Positions 1-9,845 of a DNA stretch of 64,000 nucleotides are shown here, in pieces. Source of the stretch: Acholeplasmatales bacterium (GTDB lineage Bacteria; Bacillota_I; Bacilli_A; ML615J-28; CAG-313). The notes under the pieces were generated by a model. The model did not search any database. It saw only the letters and a list, made by a program, of their open reading frames with translations, and was not told where the DNA came from. A program made the position numbers and the translations under genes. The stretch is from NCBI GenBank assembly GCA_003539625.1, contig DPOU01000024.1:37865-101864 (forward strand). The letters are read 5' to 3'. Position 1 is the stretch's first letter, and each line of letters opens with the position of its first letter.

Positions 1-540
1 AATTGCGGAAAAAAGTAGTAACAGTATGGTATTTAATTTCTTTTTAAATACAAACTTGATGACTAAAAATGTTCCTACTAATAATGAAAAAATTATTAAA
101 GACCTAAAATCAAAGGTAAAGGAAGATAAAGAATTATATCCAATATTTTTTAAGAAAATAATTAATCCTGTAGAGATAATTAAAGAAATGATAATAGGTT
201 TAACTCCATTTAAAAAGGCTTTGAATATTGGATTATTAGTAAAATGTTTTAAGATACTTGCAATAAGAATAATAATTATAAAAGATGGAAGAATTACCCC
301 AATTGTAGCACAAACGGCTCCTAAAAATCCTGCTTGAGTAGATCCGACATAAGTTGCCATATTAATAGCTATTGGTCCAGGAGTTGATTCACAAATACCA
401 ATAAAATCATAAAACTCATTTTCGGTAAGCCACATTCTAGCAACTACAGTTTCTCTAATAAGAGGAATCATTGCATATCCTCCACCAAAAGTAAACAAAC
501 CAATTTTTAAAAATTCTAAGAACAATAAAAGGTAAATCAT
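1..540 (-). CDS. Chromate transporter (CHR/ChrA) family protein, half-size paralogue; 3' end outside window
   Basis: Not in the ORF track because there is no stop in the window. Manual minus-strand translation from the ATG at 540 gives MIYLLLFLEFLKIGLFTFGGGYAMIPLIRE...CESTPGPIAINMATYVG and stays open to position 1. ATGA start/stop overlap with the upstream chrA-like gene. Confidence 0.8.
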   Translation of the reverse strand, partial: MIYLLLFLEFLKIGLFTFGGGYAMIPLIRETVVARMWLTENEFYDFIGICESTPGPIAINMATYVGSTQAGFLGAVCATIGVILPSFIIIILIASILKHFTNNPIFKAFLNGVKPIIISLIISTGLIIFLKNIGYNSLSSFTFDFRSLIIFSLLVGTFLVIKFVFKKKLNTILLLLFSAI

Positions 541-1115
541 ATGTTTTCCTTCTTTCTATAGGAAGATATGGCATACATGAAAATACCAATTATTCCACCT
601 AAAACAATAAATAAGATTGATGAGAAATTAATATTGAATAACTGAAGAATAATTAAAGTAATTATTGATACAATAAAAACAATTAACCATACTAATTTTT
701 TATCCATTTTGATTAACATCTCAATGCCGGCTTTAATAATCAAAAAAGCAATTGCACATTTAATCCCAATGAATGCGTATTGAACAATTTCATATGATAG
801 TAAATTTTTAAAGAATAATGAAATAATGAAAATAATGATAAAAGAAGGTAAAGTTACACCAATGGTAGAAAATAAACTCCCTAAGAACTTTTTTTGTTTG
901 TAACCTATAAATGTTGCTATATTAATTGCAATTGGTCCGGGAGTTGATTCGGCAATCGCAATTATTTCTAACATTTCATCTTCAGTAATCCATTTTTTCT
1001 TTTCAACAACAATTTCTTTGAGTTGAGGAATCATTGCATAGCCACCGCCAAAGGTGAACAAGCCGATTTTAAAAAATATGTAGAAAAGTTCTAAATTACA
1101 TCGCATTTTAATCAC
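537..1115 (-). CDS. Chromate transporter (CHR/ChrA) family protein, half-size
   Basis: 192-aa polytopic membrane ORF with FTFGGGYAMIP and ESTPGPIAIN motifs. Paired half-size genes resemble B. subtilis ywrA/ywrB. Confidence 0.85.
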   Translation of the reverse strand: MIKMRCNLELFYIFFKIGLFTFGGGYAMIPQLKEIVVEKKKWITEDEMLEIIAIAESTPGPIAINIATFIGYKQKKFLGSLFSTIGVTLPSFIIIFIISLFFKNLLSYEIVQYAFIGIKCAIAFLIIKAGIEMLIKMDKKLVWLIVFIVSIITLIILQLFNINFSSILFIVLGGIIGIFMYAISSYRKKENI

Positions 1116-1228
1116 CGATATAGATTATATCACTTTTAAGAAAATATTTTAAATCTTTAGCAACTAAAGAAATAGCTCTTGTTTATAAATTGATAAATTT
1201 AAATAATTAGTGTATAATATATAAAAAG

Positions 1229-2005
1229 GTGGTGGTTAAATTGATATTGTTAATAGATATTGGTAATACTAATATTGTACTTGGTATATCAAAAGACAAT
1301 CAAATAATAAATACATTCAGATATGTTACAAATTCTTTATTAACTGAAGATGATTATTATCAAAAGATAAGTTCATCACTTAATAAATATTTTAAAGATG
1401 ATTTTGTTGACGGAGCGATTATTTCAAGTGTAGTTCCTCAACTAGACCATGTTTTTAACCAAATGATTGAAAAATATTTTAAAGTTAAGGCGATGAATGT
1501 TGGACCTGGTTTAAAAAGTTGTTTACAAATAAAAATTGAAAACCCTAAACAGCTTGGTGCCGATCTTTTATGTGATGCGGTGGGAGCATACATTAAGTAT
1601 GGTGGACCTACAATCATCATCGATATGGGTACCGCAACAAAATTATTAGTTGTCACTAAAAATAAAGAATTCCTAGGTGGTGCAATTTGTGCAGGTATTA
1701 AGGGCTCAATGGATAGTCTTGTTACAACCACTTCAAAATTGTCAAGAACTTCACTAGAAGTCCCTAAAAAAGTTATTAACGGTGATACATCACAATGTAT
1801 TCAAAGTGGAATACTTTATGGACATATTGCTATGGTTGAAGGTTTAGTCAACAAAGCAAAAGCCGAAATTGGTGATTATTCAACAAAAGTAATTGTCACT
1901 GGTGGTTATTCTAATGTAATAAAAGCTTATTTAGATAGTAGTTATATATATGATGCTAACTTACTTTTAGATGGTATGCTTTTTATATACAATAAGAATA
2001 AATAA
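1229..2005 (+). CDS. coaX: Type III pantothenate kinase
   Basis: LLIDIGNTN phosphate-binding motif and ~255-aa length typical of CoaX. The GTG at 1229 is the track start; the TTG at 1241 sits better behind the AAGGTGGTGG Shine-Dalgarno sequence. Confidence 0.88.
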   Translation: MVVKLILLIDIGNTNIVLGISKDNQIINTFRYVTNSLLTEDDYYQKISSSLNKYFKDDFVDGAIISSVVPQLDHVFNQMIEKYFKVKAMNVGPGLKSCLQIKIENPKQLGADLLCDAVGAYIKYGGPTIIIDMGTATKLLVVTKNKEFLGGAICAGIKGSMDSLVTTTSKLSRTSLEVPKKVINGDTSQCIQSGILYGHIAMVEGLVNKAKAEIGDYSTKVIVTGGYSNVIKAYLDSSYIYDANLLLDGMLFIYNKNK

Positions 2006-2056
2006 AAAAATTTAATAAAACCATTATTTGTTTCATATATAAATAGTGGTGATAAA

Positions 2057-2470
2057 ATGCAAAATAATAATAATATAAAAAAGGTTATTCCTGAACCTTT
2101 ATTGTTTATACATACTGTTTCAACCCCTATTATGTCAAATGGTTCTCAAAGATACTATGATAGTAGAGATCCTGAAAAATCAAAAAGCAAAGAGAAAGCA
2201 GAACTAATAATAGGCAAAGAAGAAAACAAAAAAAGTGAAATAAGAAAAGCAAAGAAAATTGATGAATTATTATTAAAAAAAATACAAAATATTGTACAAA
2301 TGTATAAGTTAGAACATCCTATTCCAACTATCATTGAAACCAATAATAATGAATCATATGAAGGAATACCATTTAAAATAGAAAATGATATGCTTTATGT
2401 TAATCAAGATGAACAAATAATTGAAATTAAACTTGACGACATAAAAGACGCAATAATATTAAAAATATAA
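2057..2470 (+). CDS. Hypothetical protein (Lys/Glu-rich middle, no recognised domain)
   Basis: 137-aa ORF preceded by a GTGGTGAT SD-like sequence. No motif recognised. Confidence 0.45.
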   Translation: MQNNNNIKKVIPEPLLFIHTVSTPIMSNGSQRYYDSRDPEKSKSKEKAELIIGKEENKKSEIRKAKKIDELLLKKIQNIVQMYKLEHPIPTIIETNNNESYEGIPFKIENDMLYVNQDEQIIEIKLDDIKDAIILKI

Positions 2471-2483
2471 ATAGGAGTTAATT

Positions 2484-3965
2484 ATGAGACAAAGCGGAAT
2501 CTTACTACCAGTTACATCTTTACCTAGCCCATATGGTATTGGAACTATGGGCAAAACCGCATATAATTGGATTGATTTTTTAGAAAATGCAAAGCAAAGT
2601 TATTGGCAAGTATTACCACTTGGTCCAACGTCATTTAAAGATTCACCTTATCAGACTTTTAGTGCTTTTGCGGGGAACCCATATTTAATAGATTTAGATA
2701 TGCTAGTAGAAGAAGGTCTACTAGAAGAAAATGATTTAAGTGAATATATGACTTCTGAATTAACTATTGATTATGGTTTATTATATAGTTGGCGTTTTAA
2801 AATATTAAAAAAAGCTTATGAACGCTTTGATGAAAATGATGAAGATTTTAAAGCATTTAATAAAAACGAATCATATTGGTTAAATGATTATGCCCTATTT
2901 ATGGCCATAAAAAATTATTTTCAAGGTAGATCATGGCAAGAGTGGCCTAACGAATTTAAATTAAGAAAAAAAGTTGCTATTGATAAGTTTATTAAAGGCA
3001 ATGAGGTAGAAATAAAATTTTATAAATTCATTCAATTTATTTTCGCAAAGCAATGGCACAAGTTAAAAGCATATGCAAACGAAAAAAAGGTTGAAATAAT
3101 TGGTGATGTTCCAATTTACGTTGCTCTTGATAGCGTAGATGTTTGGTCTAACCCTGAAGAATATCAGTTAGATAATGACTTAAAACCTAAAAGAGTTGCG
3201 GGGTGCCCACCTGATGATTTTGCTAAAAAAGGTCAATTATGGGGTAATCCCTTATATGATTATCACAAGATGGAGAAGAATAATTTCAAATGGTGGAACG
3301 CAAGAATTAAAAAATCATTTGAGTTATATGATGTAGTAAGAATCGATCACTTTAGAGGTTTTGAATCATATTATTCAATTGATGCTTTAGAAGAAACTGC
3401 CGAAAATGGAAAATGGGTAAAAGGCCCTGGCATGAAATTATTTAAATCAATAAAGGATTGTAAAGACTTACATATCATTGCAGAAGACTTGGGTTTCTTA
3501 ACCCCAGCAGTTCATAAATTACTTAAACAAACGGGATTTCCTGGTATGAAAATACTTCAATTTGGTTTCGATAAAGATGGAGATAGCCCATATGCACCAC
3601 ACAATTATTTACCTAACTGTATAGTTTATACTGGAACACATGATAATCCACCTATTAGAACTTGGTTTGAAACGCTCGATAAAGAAACTAAACACATGGT
3701 AAGTGAATATGTTAATCTAACAAGTGATGATAAAATATGCGATAGAATGGTTAGATTAGCGTTGTCAAGTGTAGCGAACATTGCAATCATTCCGATTCAA
3801 GATTATTTAGGACTTGGCATTGAATCTAGAATTAATACCCCTTCAACTAGTGAAAACAATTGGCAATGGCGTTTAGATGAAAAATATATAACTAAAGAAT
3901 TAGCCGATTATATATTATTTTTAACAAGATTATATCGAAGAACTAATTTTAAAATAGAAGTTTAA
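2484..3965 (+). CDS. malQ: 4-alpha-glucanotransferase (amylomaltase, GH77)
   Basis: N-terminus MRQSGILLPVTSLPSPYGIGTMG, plus GDVPIYV, RIDHFRGF and YTGTHDN motifs characteristic of MalQ. Confidence 0.93.
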   Translation: MRQSGILLPVTSLPSPYGIGTMGKTAYNWIDFLENAKQSYWQVLPLGPTSFKDSPYQTFSAFAGNPYLIDLDMLVEEGLLEENDLSEYMTSELTIDYGLLYSWRFKILKKAYERFDENDEDFKAFNKNESYWLNDYALFMAIKNYFQGRSWQEWPNEFKLRKKVAIDKFIKGNEVEIKFYKFIQFIFAKQWHKLKAYANEKKVEIIGDVPIYVALDSVDVWSNPEEYQLDNDLKPKRVAGCPPDDFAKKGQLWGNPLYDYHKMEKNNFKWWNARIKKSFELYDVVRIDHFRGFESYYSIDALEETAENGKWVKGPGMKLFKSIKDCKDLHIIAEDLGFLTPAVHKLLKQTGFPGMKILQFGFDKDGDSPYAPHNYLPNCIVYTGTHDNPPIRTWFETLDKETKHMVSEYVNLTSDDKICDRMVRLALSSVANIAIIPIQDYLGLGIESRINTPSTSENNWQWRLDEKYITKELADYILFLTRLYRRTNFKIEV

Positions 3966-4006
3966 AAAATGAACTAATGGTTAATACTAACATTGAGGTG
4001 AAAAAA

Positions 4007-4561
4007 ATGAACAAAATTTTTAAATCAATCTTAATGTTTGTATTAGCTTTTTTATTTTTACTATTAGGAGTAGCCATACTACCATTAATAAGTAATTTAG
4101 GTGAAAATATTTTATACTTATTTGTAGGGTTTAGTATTCTTATATATACATATGGTTTATTACTTATAAAAAGAGTTGTAAAAGCCAAAGGAACTATATA
4201 TGTACTTTCCCTTACAGAAACGATTTTATTAACAATGATTGCGCTATTTTCAATCATAAATTTTTTCGTAGATATGAATATTATCAGTAATGCATCAATT
4301 ATTATGGGAATGGCGATATTAATGAGATGTGTAACTGAAGTAATTGTTGCTTATTATATTACTAAAGAAAATAAAACATATTCTTTATCTAGAACACTAG
4401 TTAATATATTACTTACAATACTTGGGACAATGTTTATTGCTTCATCAACAATGACAAATAACATATTAATATATGCTTTTTCTGCAATCTTTGTTGCATC
4501 TAGTGTAGCAACCATCGTAATGGGAGTAGTAAATTTAAAAAACAAAACAATGTTACAATAA
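4007..4561 (+). CDS. Hypothetical polytopic membrane protein
   Basis: About 6 hydrophobic segments. The ATG at 4007 is preceded by a GAGGTG SD, so the track start at 3977 is probably too early. Confidence 0.6.
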   Translation: MNKIFKSILMFVLAFLFLLLGVAILPLISNLGENILYLFVGFSILIYTYGLLLIKRVVKAKGTIYVLSLTETILLTMIALFSIINFFVDMNIISNASIIMGMAILMRCVTEVIVAYYITKENKTYSLSRTLVNILLTILGTMFIASSTMTNNILIYAFSAIFVASSVATIVMGVVNLKNKTMLQ

Positions 4562-4563
4562 TT

Positions 4564-4621
4564 AAAAAATGCTTTTAATGATAAAGGGATAAATATCTCT
4601 AAATCTTTAAAAGCATTTTTT
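4564..4621 (+). terminator. Rho-independent terminator-like hairpin
   Basis: AAAAATGCTTTTAA ... TTAAAAGCATTTTT inverted repeat followed by a T-run, directly after the stop at 4561. Confidence 0.6.
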
Positions 4622-4634
4622 ATTATACGTTTAT

Positions 4635-4663
4635 TTGAATATTATTTTTTATTATGTTATAAT
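4635..4663 (+). promoter_or_regulatory. Sigma-A-type promoter upstream of the mscS-family gene
   Basis: TTGAAT-N17-TATAAT with a TGn extended -10. Confidence 0.55.
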
Positions 4664-4699
4664 TAGTCATATTTAATAAATAAATGACAAGGAGAAAAT

Positions 4700-5530
4700 A
4701 TGGAAAGTTTTAAAGATATTATAATAAAAATTGGTGATTTCTTTTCTAATTATGGTATTAATATTGTTGCCGCAATACTAGTATTCATAATTGGTTATTT
4801 TTTAATTAAATTATTAACTAAAATACTAATGAAAATAGTATATACTACGAAATTAGATAACGCAATAGGTGGATTTATTGTAGCTTTATTAAAAGTAATA
4901 TTGTGGTTGCTTCTAGTTTTTGCAATTGTTTCGATTTTAGGACTTTCAGGCAATTCATTTTTAGTTGCTTTTTCGTCAGTTGCTCTAGCAATAGGTATGG
5001 CCTTAAAAGATTCGCTAGCAAATATTGCCAATGGTATTATAATCATTATAACTAAACCATTTAAAAAAGGTGATCATATTTCGGTTGGCTCTTGTGAGGG
5101 AATTGTAAAGAATATAAAAATTTTAACTACGGAAATTTATACGTTTGACAATAAAAAAATAGTTATGCCAAATAGTTCAATAGTAAATAATGCCTTAACC
5201 AATTATACTGCTAATCCTACAAGAAGAGCTGATATAGTTATTGGTGTTTCTTATGATTCAGATGTAAAATTAGTAAAGAGGGTATTATATGGCATTCTAG
5301 AAGAACATACATTAGTTTTAGATATACCAAAACCGGCAATTATTATTAAAGATTTTGGCGATAGTTCAATAGATTTTCAAATGAGGTTTTGGACCAAAAC
5401 TGATGACTACTATTCCGCAATTAATGATATCAAAGAAATAATTATTGAAAAGTTTAGAGAAAGTAATATAGAAATACCTTACAATAAACTAGATGTTCAA
5501 TTAATAGAAAATGGCGGGGAAAGAAAATGA
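4700..5530 (+). CDS. Small-conductance mechanosensitive channel (MscS family)
   Basis: Three N-terminal TM helices, then the conserved ANGIIIIITKPFKKGDHI ... EIYTFDNKKIVMPNS beta-domain pattern of MscS. Confidence 0.85.
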   Translation: MESFKDIIIKIGDFFSNYGINIVAAILVFIIGYFLIKLLTKILMKIVYTTKLDNAIGGFIVALLKVILWLLLVFAIVSILGLSGNSFLVAFSSVALAIGMALKDSLANIANGIIIIITKPFKKGDHISVGSCEGIVKNIKILTTEIYTFDNKKIVMPNSSIVNNALTNYTANPTRRADIVIGVSYDSDVKLVKRVLYGILEEHTLVLDIPKPAIIIKDFGDSSIDFQMRFWTKTDDYYSAINDIKEIIIEKFRESNIEIPYNKLDVQLIENGGERK

Positions 5531-8500
5531 AGATAAAAGCAAAATCATTTCTGGCAATAATAACAACAATATTGAGCACTATTTTATTAAGCGTAATATT
5601 AATAGTTAATGCCAAAACCTATAATGTTCCAAAATACGATGATGATATAGTAAATCCTGGTTCTGGTTCGGGATTATCAGCCCCAGTTACTAAATTTGAT
5701 GTATTTTCTACTGATACAAGTGATGATAAAAATTATGCAACGAATAAGATAATCAATATACCGGTATCAGAGGCAAAAACGTTTATTTTAGATTATTATA
5801 CAATTAACTGGTATGCTAGTTATCCAATTCAAGAATTAACTTTTGAAGTAGAGGATAATGAAATTATTGATATTAATTATTATAGAAATGGAGTTACATC
5901 TGGAACTAGTAGTAAAGTATCAAATAGTAAAACCATTTTAGATAATAATCTACCTGAACGTGTGCTAAATGAAAAAATAAATACCGATTTTCCGGAACTA
6001 TCGTTTGAGATAACGGGTTTAAAAGAGGGGATAACTTGTTTAAACATTACGGTAAAATCAGAACATGAATACGGAGATAATCAAACTACTGAAGAAACAT
6101 TAAAGATTTTAATTAACGTATCTTCAAAAGAATTAATTGATATCCCTAATTACATTAACTTATATTTAGGTAGTGGAATCCACAGTGGTGCCAAACAAAT
6201 TAAATATGTAAGCGAAGAAAAAATAGGTATTTTAAATGATATAGTAAGTTCAGTAAGTATAATTGAACCAATTGAAGTCACAAATTATAATGATGAATCG
6301 GTTGATAAAATAATGCATCGTATTCTAACTGATGATAAAATATTAGTTCAAAACGATAGTTTATCTTTCATTGATGCAAGTAGTGAAGCATCATTTACGG
6401 TAGAATATTATGTACTAACTTCTGAGAATCTTGAAATTGAAATTGCTTCATATAGTTTTGGTGTTATATTTTATAATTTAAGTGATTTTGAAATTAAATA
6501 TAATGGTACATCATTTCCAGATAATGGTGTATATGAATCAGGCGCTAAAATAACTATTGAAACTTCAGAAAGATTAAAGCCTTATTTATCTGATTTAATT
6601 GTTGCGTATATTCCAACATCAGCTGTGGATGTATTGCCTTATGAAGGAGATAGTGTATATGTTATTAATAAGGTAAGTGATGAAACTAATATTATAATTG
6701 GTGACAAACTTATGGCTCTATCAGGACTTGCCAATTACGAATCAACATGTCAGTTTATTAATCTTACACTAAAACCTGATAATGTAATAGCTAGAGAATA
6801 TCCACGAGAAATTGAACTAGATGAAAACTATGTATTTGAAATGGATAAAATTCTGGATGAAATAATTGAAATAACTAATATTAATGCTTTCAATGAAAAC
6901 ACAATATTTAACATAATATCTGATGGAGTTATAAACGTTTCTCTTACAGAAAAGAATCAAATAAAGTTAAATTATGAGGCAGAAGAATCAATCACAACAA
7001 CGCTTAGAACAATTCTAACGGTTGAAGCAAAATTAGACAATGGAGTTACGCTAACAAAAACGATTGCCATATCACTTGTTCCTGGATATGGATACAAATA
7101 TACATTCAATACTGTAAAAGTTACTTTGTTAGAAGGTGAAACAAAAACAATTACTTTAGGATATTTAGATCCCGATTTTATTGAAATAGCAGGAGATGCT
7201 TATGTATCAAATTACTACTTAAAAAATGGTAACGCAATGATTATTCAAAATCGAACCTCTCGTAATAAATTTGATATCTTTGGTCATAAGGTTGGAACCG
7301 ATACTGCTTATTTTGTTATTTATGATCAAGTTGTAGAAGTAGAAATTACTATTAATGATAAAAATAATAATAATAGAATCGTTCAATTTGATTTCTTAGA
7401 AGGAAGTAATTTATCTGTTTTGGCTAGTAATTCAAAAACTTATTTGACTATTCCCGATGAATATTTAGATTTAAATTTTAACTTTATAGTTTTAGATAAT
7501 GAGATCCTAACAATTGAAAGTGTTAATGAAAATAGACTTTCAATAAAAGGGTTAAAGGATGGTACTACACAAATATTTGCGTATGCTCAAAAAGACAATG
7601 TTTTCTATAATGCGGTAATAAATATTAAGATAATTACAACGCTACCTAGACTATATATAGTGTATGATAAAGAAGATACGACTAAATCACTTACAAAGTA
7701 TGATACTATTAAGATTTCATACGATGCCTCTAATTTTGATTTTTCACAAAATACAATTTATAGATGGTATTTAAACGATGAATTAATTTATGATAATGTT
7801 AAAGAATTTGAAAGAAACTTCGATGAAGGTATCAATACATTAAAATTAGTAATAATTGACAGTGATAACAATATAGAATTAGAAACTACTCAACAATTAA
7901 TGATTTCAAGCGTAGAAAATATTGAAAAAACTTTATCAATCAACGCTGATAAAATAATTTATGTAGACTTGCATCAAGGCAATTTTGAAATAAGTGCCTT
8001 GTTAGATGGAGTATTAGATCCTAATTATAAATATTTGTGGAGTATTTCTAATTCATCAGTTTGTAGAATTTCCATAAATGGAAATGAAAAAATAATCCTA
8101 GAACCGTTATATGTTGGTGAAGTAGATTTAACTGTTATGACCAATATTTCTAAATATGAAGAAATATTTATTAAAAGTGAAATTAAAATCGTAGTAATTG
8201 AACCAACTTATAAAGTAATTGGTAATACTTTTATTAAACCTAATACTGATCAAACTTTTGAATTCCTTGGTGATGGTAAAACAATATATAATTTAAAACC
8301 TATTCTAGAAATTGATGTTGATGGTCAAAAATTTGAAGATTATACGATAAGTAATAAAGGAATTAAAATTAATAAAATAAAAAAAGGTAAATATTCAATT
8401 AATGCCAATATAAATGGCGAAACTGTTGAGTTAAATTTTGATGCCACTAATTTTAATCTCAAAGAAGTGGTCAAACTTGTTTTACCATATTTATTTGTTA

Positions 8501-9009
8501 TATGTATTATTGTAATAGTAGTAACATTTGCTTTAAAAAAACATCTTAATAAACTAGATTGGACTAAACAAAAAATTAATAATCTTGATAAGTCAGTCGA
8601 TAAAGTATTAAAGGATAAAAAAGTTACTAAGAAAGAAATTAAACATTTATTGAAAAATTCAAAAAAAGCTAAAAAAATGTTAACTTATTGTATTGATGAA
8701 GGAATTGATGAATTAAGTATTGTATTACCAATAATTGATCAAATTATAATGATTCTAACCGCAACATTTAATACTGACGTTAAAGAAGAAACAATGTTAG
8801 TAATTGTAAATAATATTAAAAACAAAAACGTTTCAAGATTAGTAAAAGAGTTTACGATAATTAAAAATGAACGTGATGAGTTTGAACAAAAGAAAAAAGA
8901 TGAAGATGAAGTAATTACTAAAAAACCTCAAAAAGAAAGAAATACTAAAGATAGTTATCGCGAATATTTAGAATTAAGTAAATATACTGAATCAGATAAT
9001 GATGAATAA
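5527..9009 (+). CDS. Large surface protein with repeated Ig-like (Big_2-type) modules, a C-terminal TM anchor and a charged cytoplasmic tail
   Basis: 1160 aa with an N-terminal signal/anchor (ILSTILLSVILIVNA). Recurring IxGLKxGTT...I motifs (ITGLKEGITCLNI, IKGLKDGTTQIFA, PLYVGEVDLTV). TM segment LVLPYLFVICIIVIVVTFAL near residue 970, followed by a ~170-aa Lys/Glu-rich tail. ATGA overlap with the mscS-family stop. Confidence 0.7.
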   Translation: MKIKAKSFLAIITTILSTILLSVILIVNAKTYNVPKYDDDIVNPGSGSGLSAPVTKFDVFSTDTSDDKNYATNKIINIPVSEAKTFILDYYTINWYASYPIQELTFEVEDNEIIDINYYRNGVTSGTSSKVSNSKTILDNNLPERVLNEKINTDFPELSFEITGLKEGITCLNITVKSEHEYGDNQTTEETLKILINVSSKELIDIPNYINLYLGSGIHSGAKQIKYVSEEKIGILNDIVSSVSIIEPIEVTNYNDESVDKIMHRILTDDKILVQNDSLSFIDASSEASFTVEYYVLTSENLEIEIASYSFGVIFYNLSDFEIKYNGTSFPDNGVYESGAKITIETSERLKPYLSDLIVAYIPTSAVDVLPYEGDSVYVINKVSDETNIIIGDKLMALSGLANYESTCQFINLTLKPDNVIAREYPREIELDENYVFEMDKILDEIIEITNINAFNENTIFNIISDGVINVSLTEKNQIKLNYEAEESITTTLRTILTVEAKLDNGVTLTKTIAISLVPGYGYKYTFNTVKVTLLEGETKTITLGYLDPDFIEIAGDAYVSNYYLKNGNAMIIQNRTSRNKFDIFGHKVGTDTAYFVIYDQVVEVEITINDKNNNNRIVQFDFLEGSNLSVLASNSKTYLTIPDEYLDLNFNFIVLDNEILTIESVNENRLSIKGLKDGTTQIFAYAQKDNVFYNAVINIKIITTLPRLYIVYDKEDTTKSLTKYDTIKISYDASNFDFSQNTIYRWYLNDELIYDNVKEFERNFDEGINTLKLVIIDSDNNIELETTQQLMISSVENIEKTLSINADKIIYVDLHQGNFEISALLDGVLDPNYKYLWSISNSSVCRISINGNEKIILEPLYVGEVDLTVMTNISKYEEIFIKSEIKIVVIEPTYKVIGNTFIKPNTDQTFEFLGDGKTIYNLKPILEIDVDGQKFEDYTISNKGIKINKIKKGKYSINANINGETVELNFDATNFNLKEVVKLVLPYLFVICIIVIVVTFALKKHLNKLDWTKQKINNLDKSVDKVLKDKKVTKKEIKHLLKNSKKAKKMLTYCIDEGIDELSIVLPIIDQIIMILTATFNTDVKEETMLVIVNNIKNKNVSRLVKEFTIIKNERDEFEQKKKDEDEVITKKPQKERNTKDSYREYLELSKYTESDNDE

Positions 9010-9020
9010 AGACGTTTTAA

Positions 9021-9051
9021 GGCTTTGTATAATATACAAGGTCTTTTTTTA
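9021..9051 (+). terminator. Rho-independent terminator
   Basis: AGGCTTTGTATA/TATACAAGGTCT hairpin followed by T7. Confidence 0.7.
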
Positions 9052-9143
9052 ATAAAAAGCAAATAGGTTTATAAGCAATCCAATTTGATAAAAACAGAAA
9101 ATATGGTATATTATAAATATATTTGTGAAAGGAGATAACCTAA

Positions 9144-9845
9144 ATGGCATTTATTGAATTAAATGATATATGTAAAGATTATGGTACAAAAGAAACAAAA
9201 ATAACTGCTTTAAATCACATATCTTTTACACTAGAAAAAAATGAATTGGTTGTAATTCTTGGCGCAAGTGGAGCTGGAAAATCAACGTTACTAAATATAT
9301 TGGGTGGTATGGATTTTGCCACGAGTGGATCATATCGAGTAAATGGAAGAGAAATTACGACTCTTAACGAAAAAGAAATGGCATTGTTTAGAAGAAATAA
9401 TGTTGGATTTGTTTTTCAATTTTATAATTTGATGCCTAATTTAACCGCTCTTGAAAATGTTATGTTATCATCAAACCATGTTAGCAATTCAATTAATCCT
9501 AAAACAGCATTAGAAATGGTAGGACTAAAAGATAGAATTAATAACTTCCCTTCGAACCTAAGTGGTGGTGAACAACAAAGGGTATCTATAGCTAGAGCGA
9601 TTGCTAAAAAGCCTGAGATTTTACTTTGTGATGAACCAACGGGAGCACTCGATAGTAAAACGGGTAAATCAATTCTAAAAATATTAAAGGACATTAGTCA
9701 AACTGGTGAACAATGTGTAATTGTTGTTACCCACAATGCGAATATTGCAAAAGTTGCTAATCGAGTAATTCGTTTAAGCGATGGAAAAATTATTAGCAAT
9801 GTGAAAAATGAAAATGTTCTTGATATAGAGGATATCGAATGGTAA
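9144..9845 (+). CDS. ABC transporter ATP-binding protein (MacB/LolD/FtsE-like)
   Basis: Walker A GASGAGKST, signature LSGGEQQR, Walker B ILLCDEPTGALD. Confidence 0.93.
   Translation: MAFIELNDICKDYGTKETKITALNHISFTLEKNELVVILGASGAGKSTLLNILGGMDFATSGSYRVNGREITTLNEKEMALFRRNNVGFVFQFYNLMPNLTALENVMLSSNHVSNSINPKTALEMVGLKDRINNFPSNLSGGEQQRVSIARAIAKKPEILLCDEPTGALDSKTGKSILKILKDISQTGEQCVIVVTHNANIAKVANRVIRLSDGKIISNVKNENVLDIEDIEW

Noticed and set aside
26-337. 103-aa + strand ORF at the window start
   Set aside because: It lies entirely antisense to a clean, motif-bearing chromate-transporter ORF (minus strand, open from 540 to 1). Its low-complexity I/K-rich sequence is typical of shadow ORFs in AT-rich DNA.
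1438-1731. Antisense ORFs of 60-100 aa inside well-supported genes (e.g. 1438-1731, 2155-2343, 3949-4257, 4354-4545, 4795-5046, 9422-9694, 11014-11244, 19401-19655, 19931-20161, 21827-22069, 22862-23065, 23567-23809, 26233-26481, 28756-28947, 29023-29214, 30687-30905, 32066-32263, 32900-33154, 34711-34998, 38975-39247, 39830-40102, 41622-41855, 42604-42906, 43948-44139, 49756-49959, 55122-55400, 55548-55739, 58108-58311, 63150-63446)
   Set aside because: Each is fully embedded opposite a gene with strong family motifs. None has an SD or a recognisable domain. Their composition mirrors the complement of the real codons.
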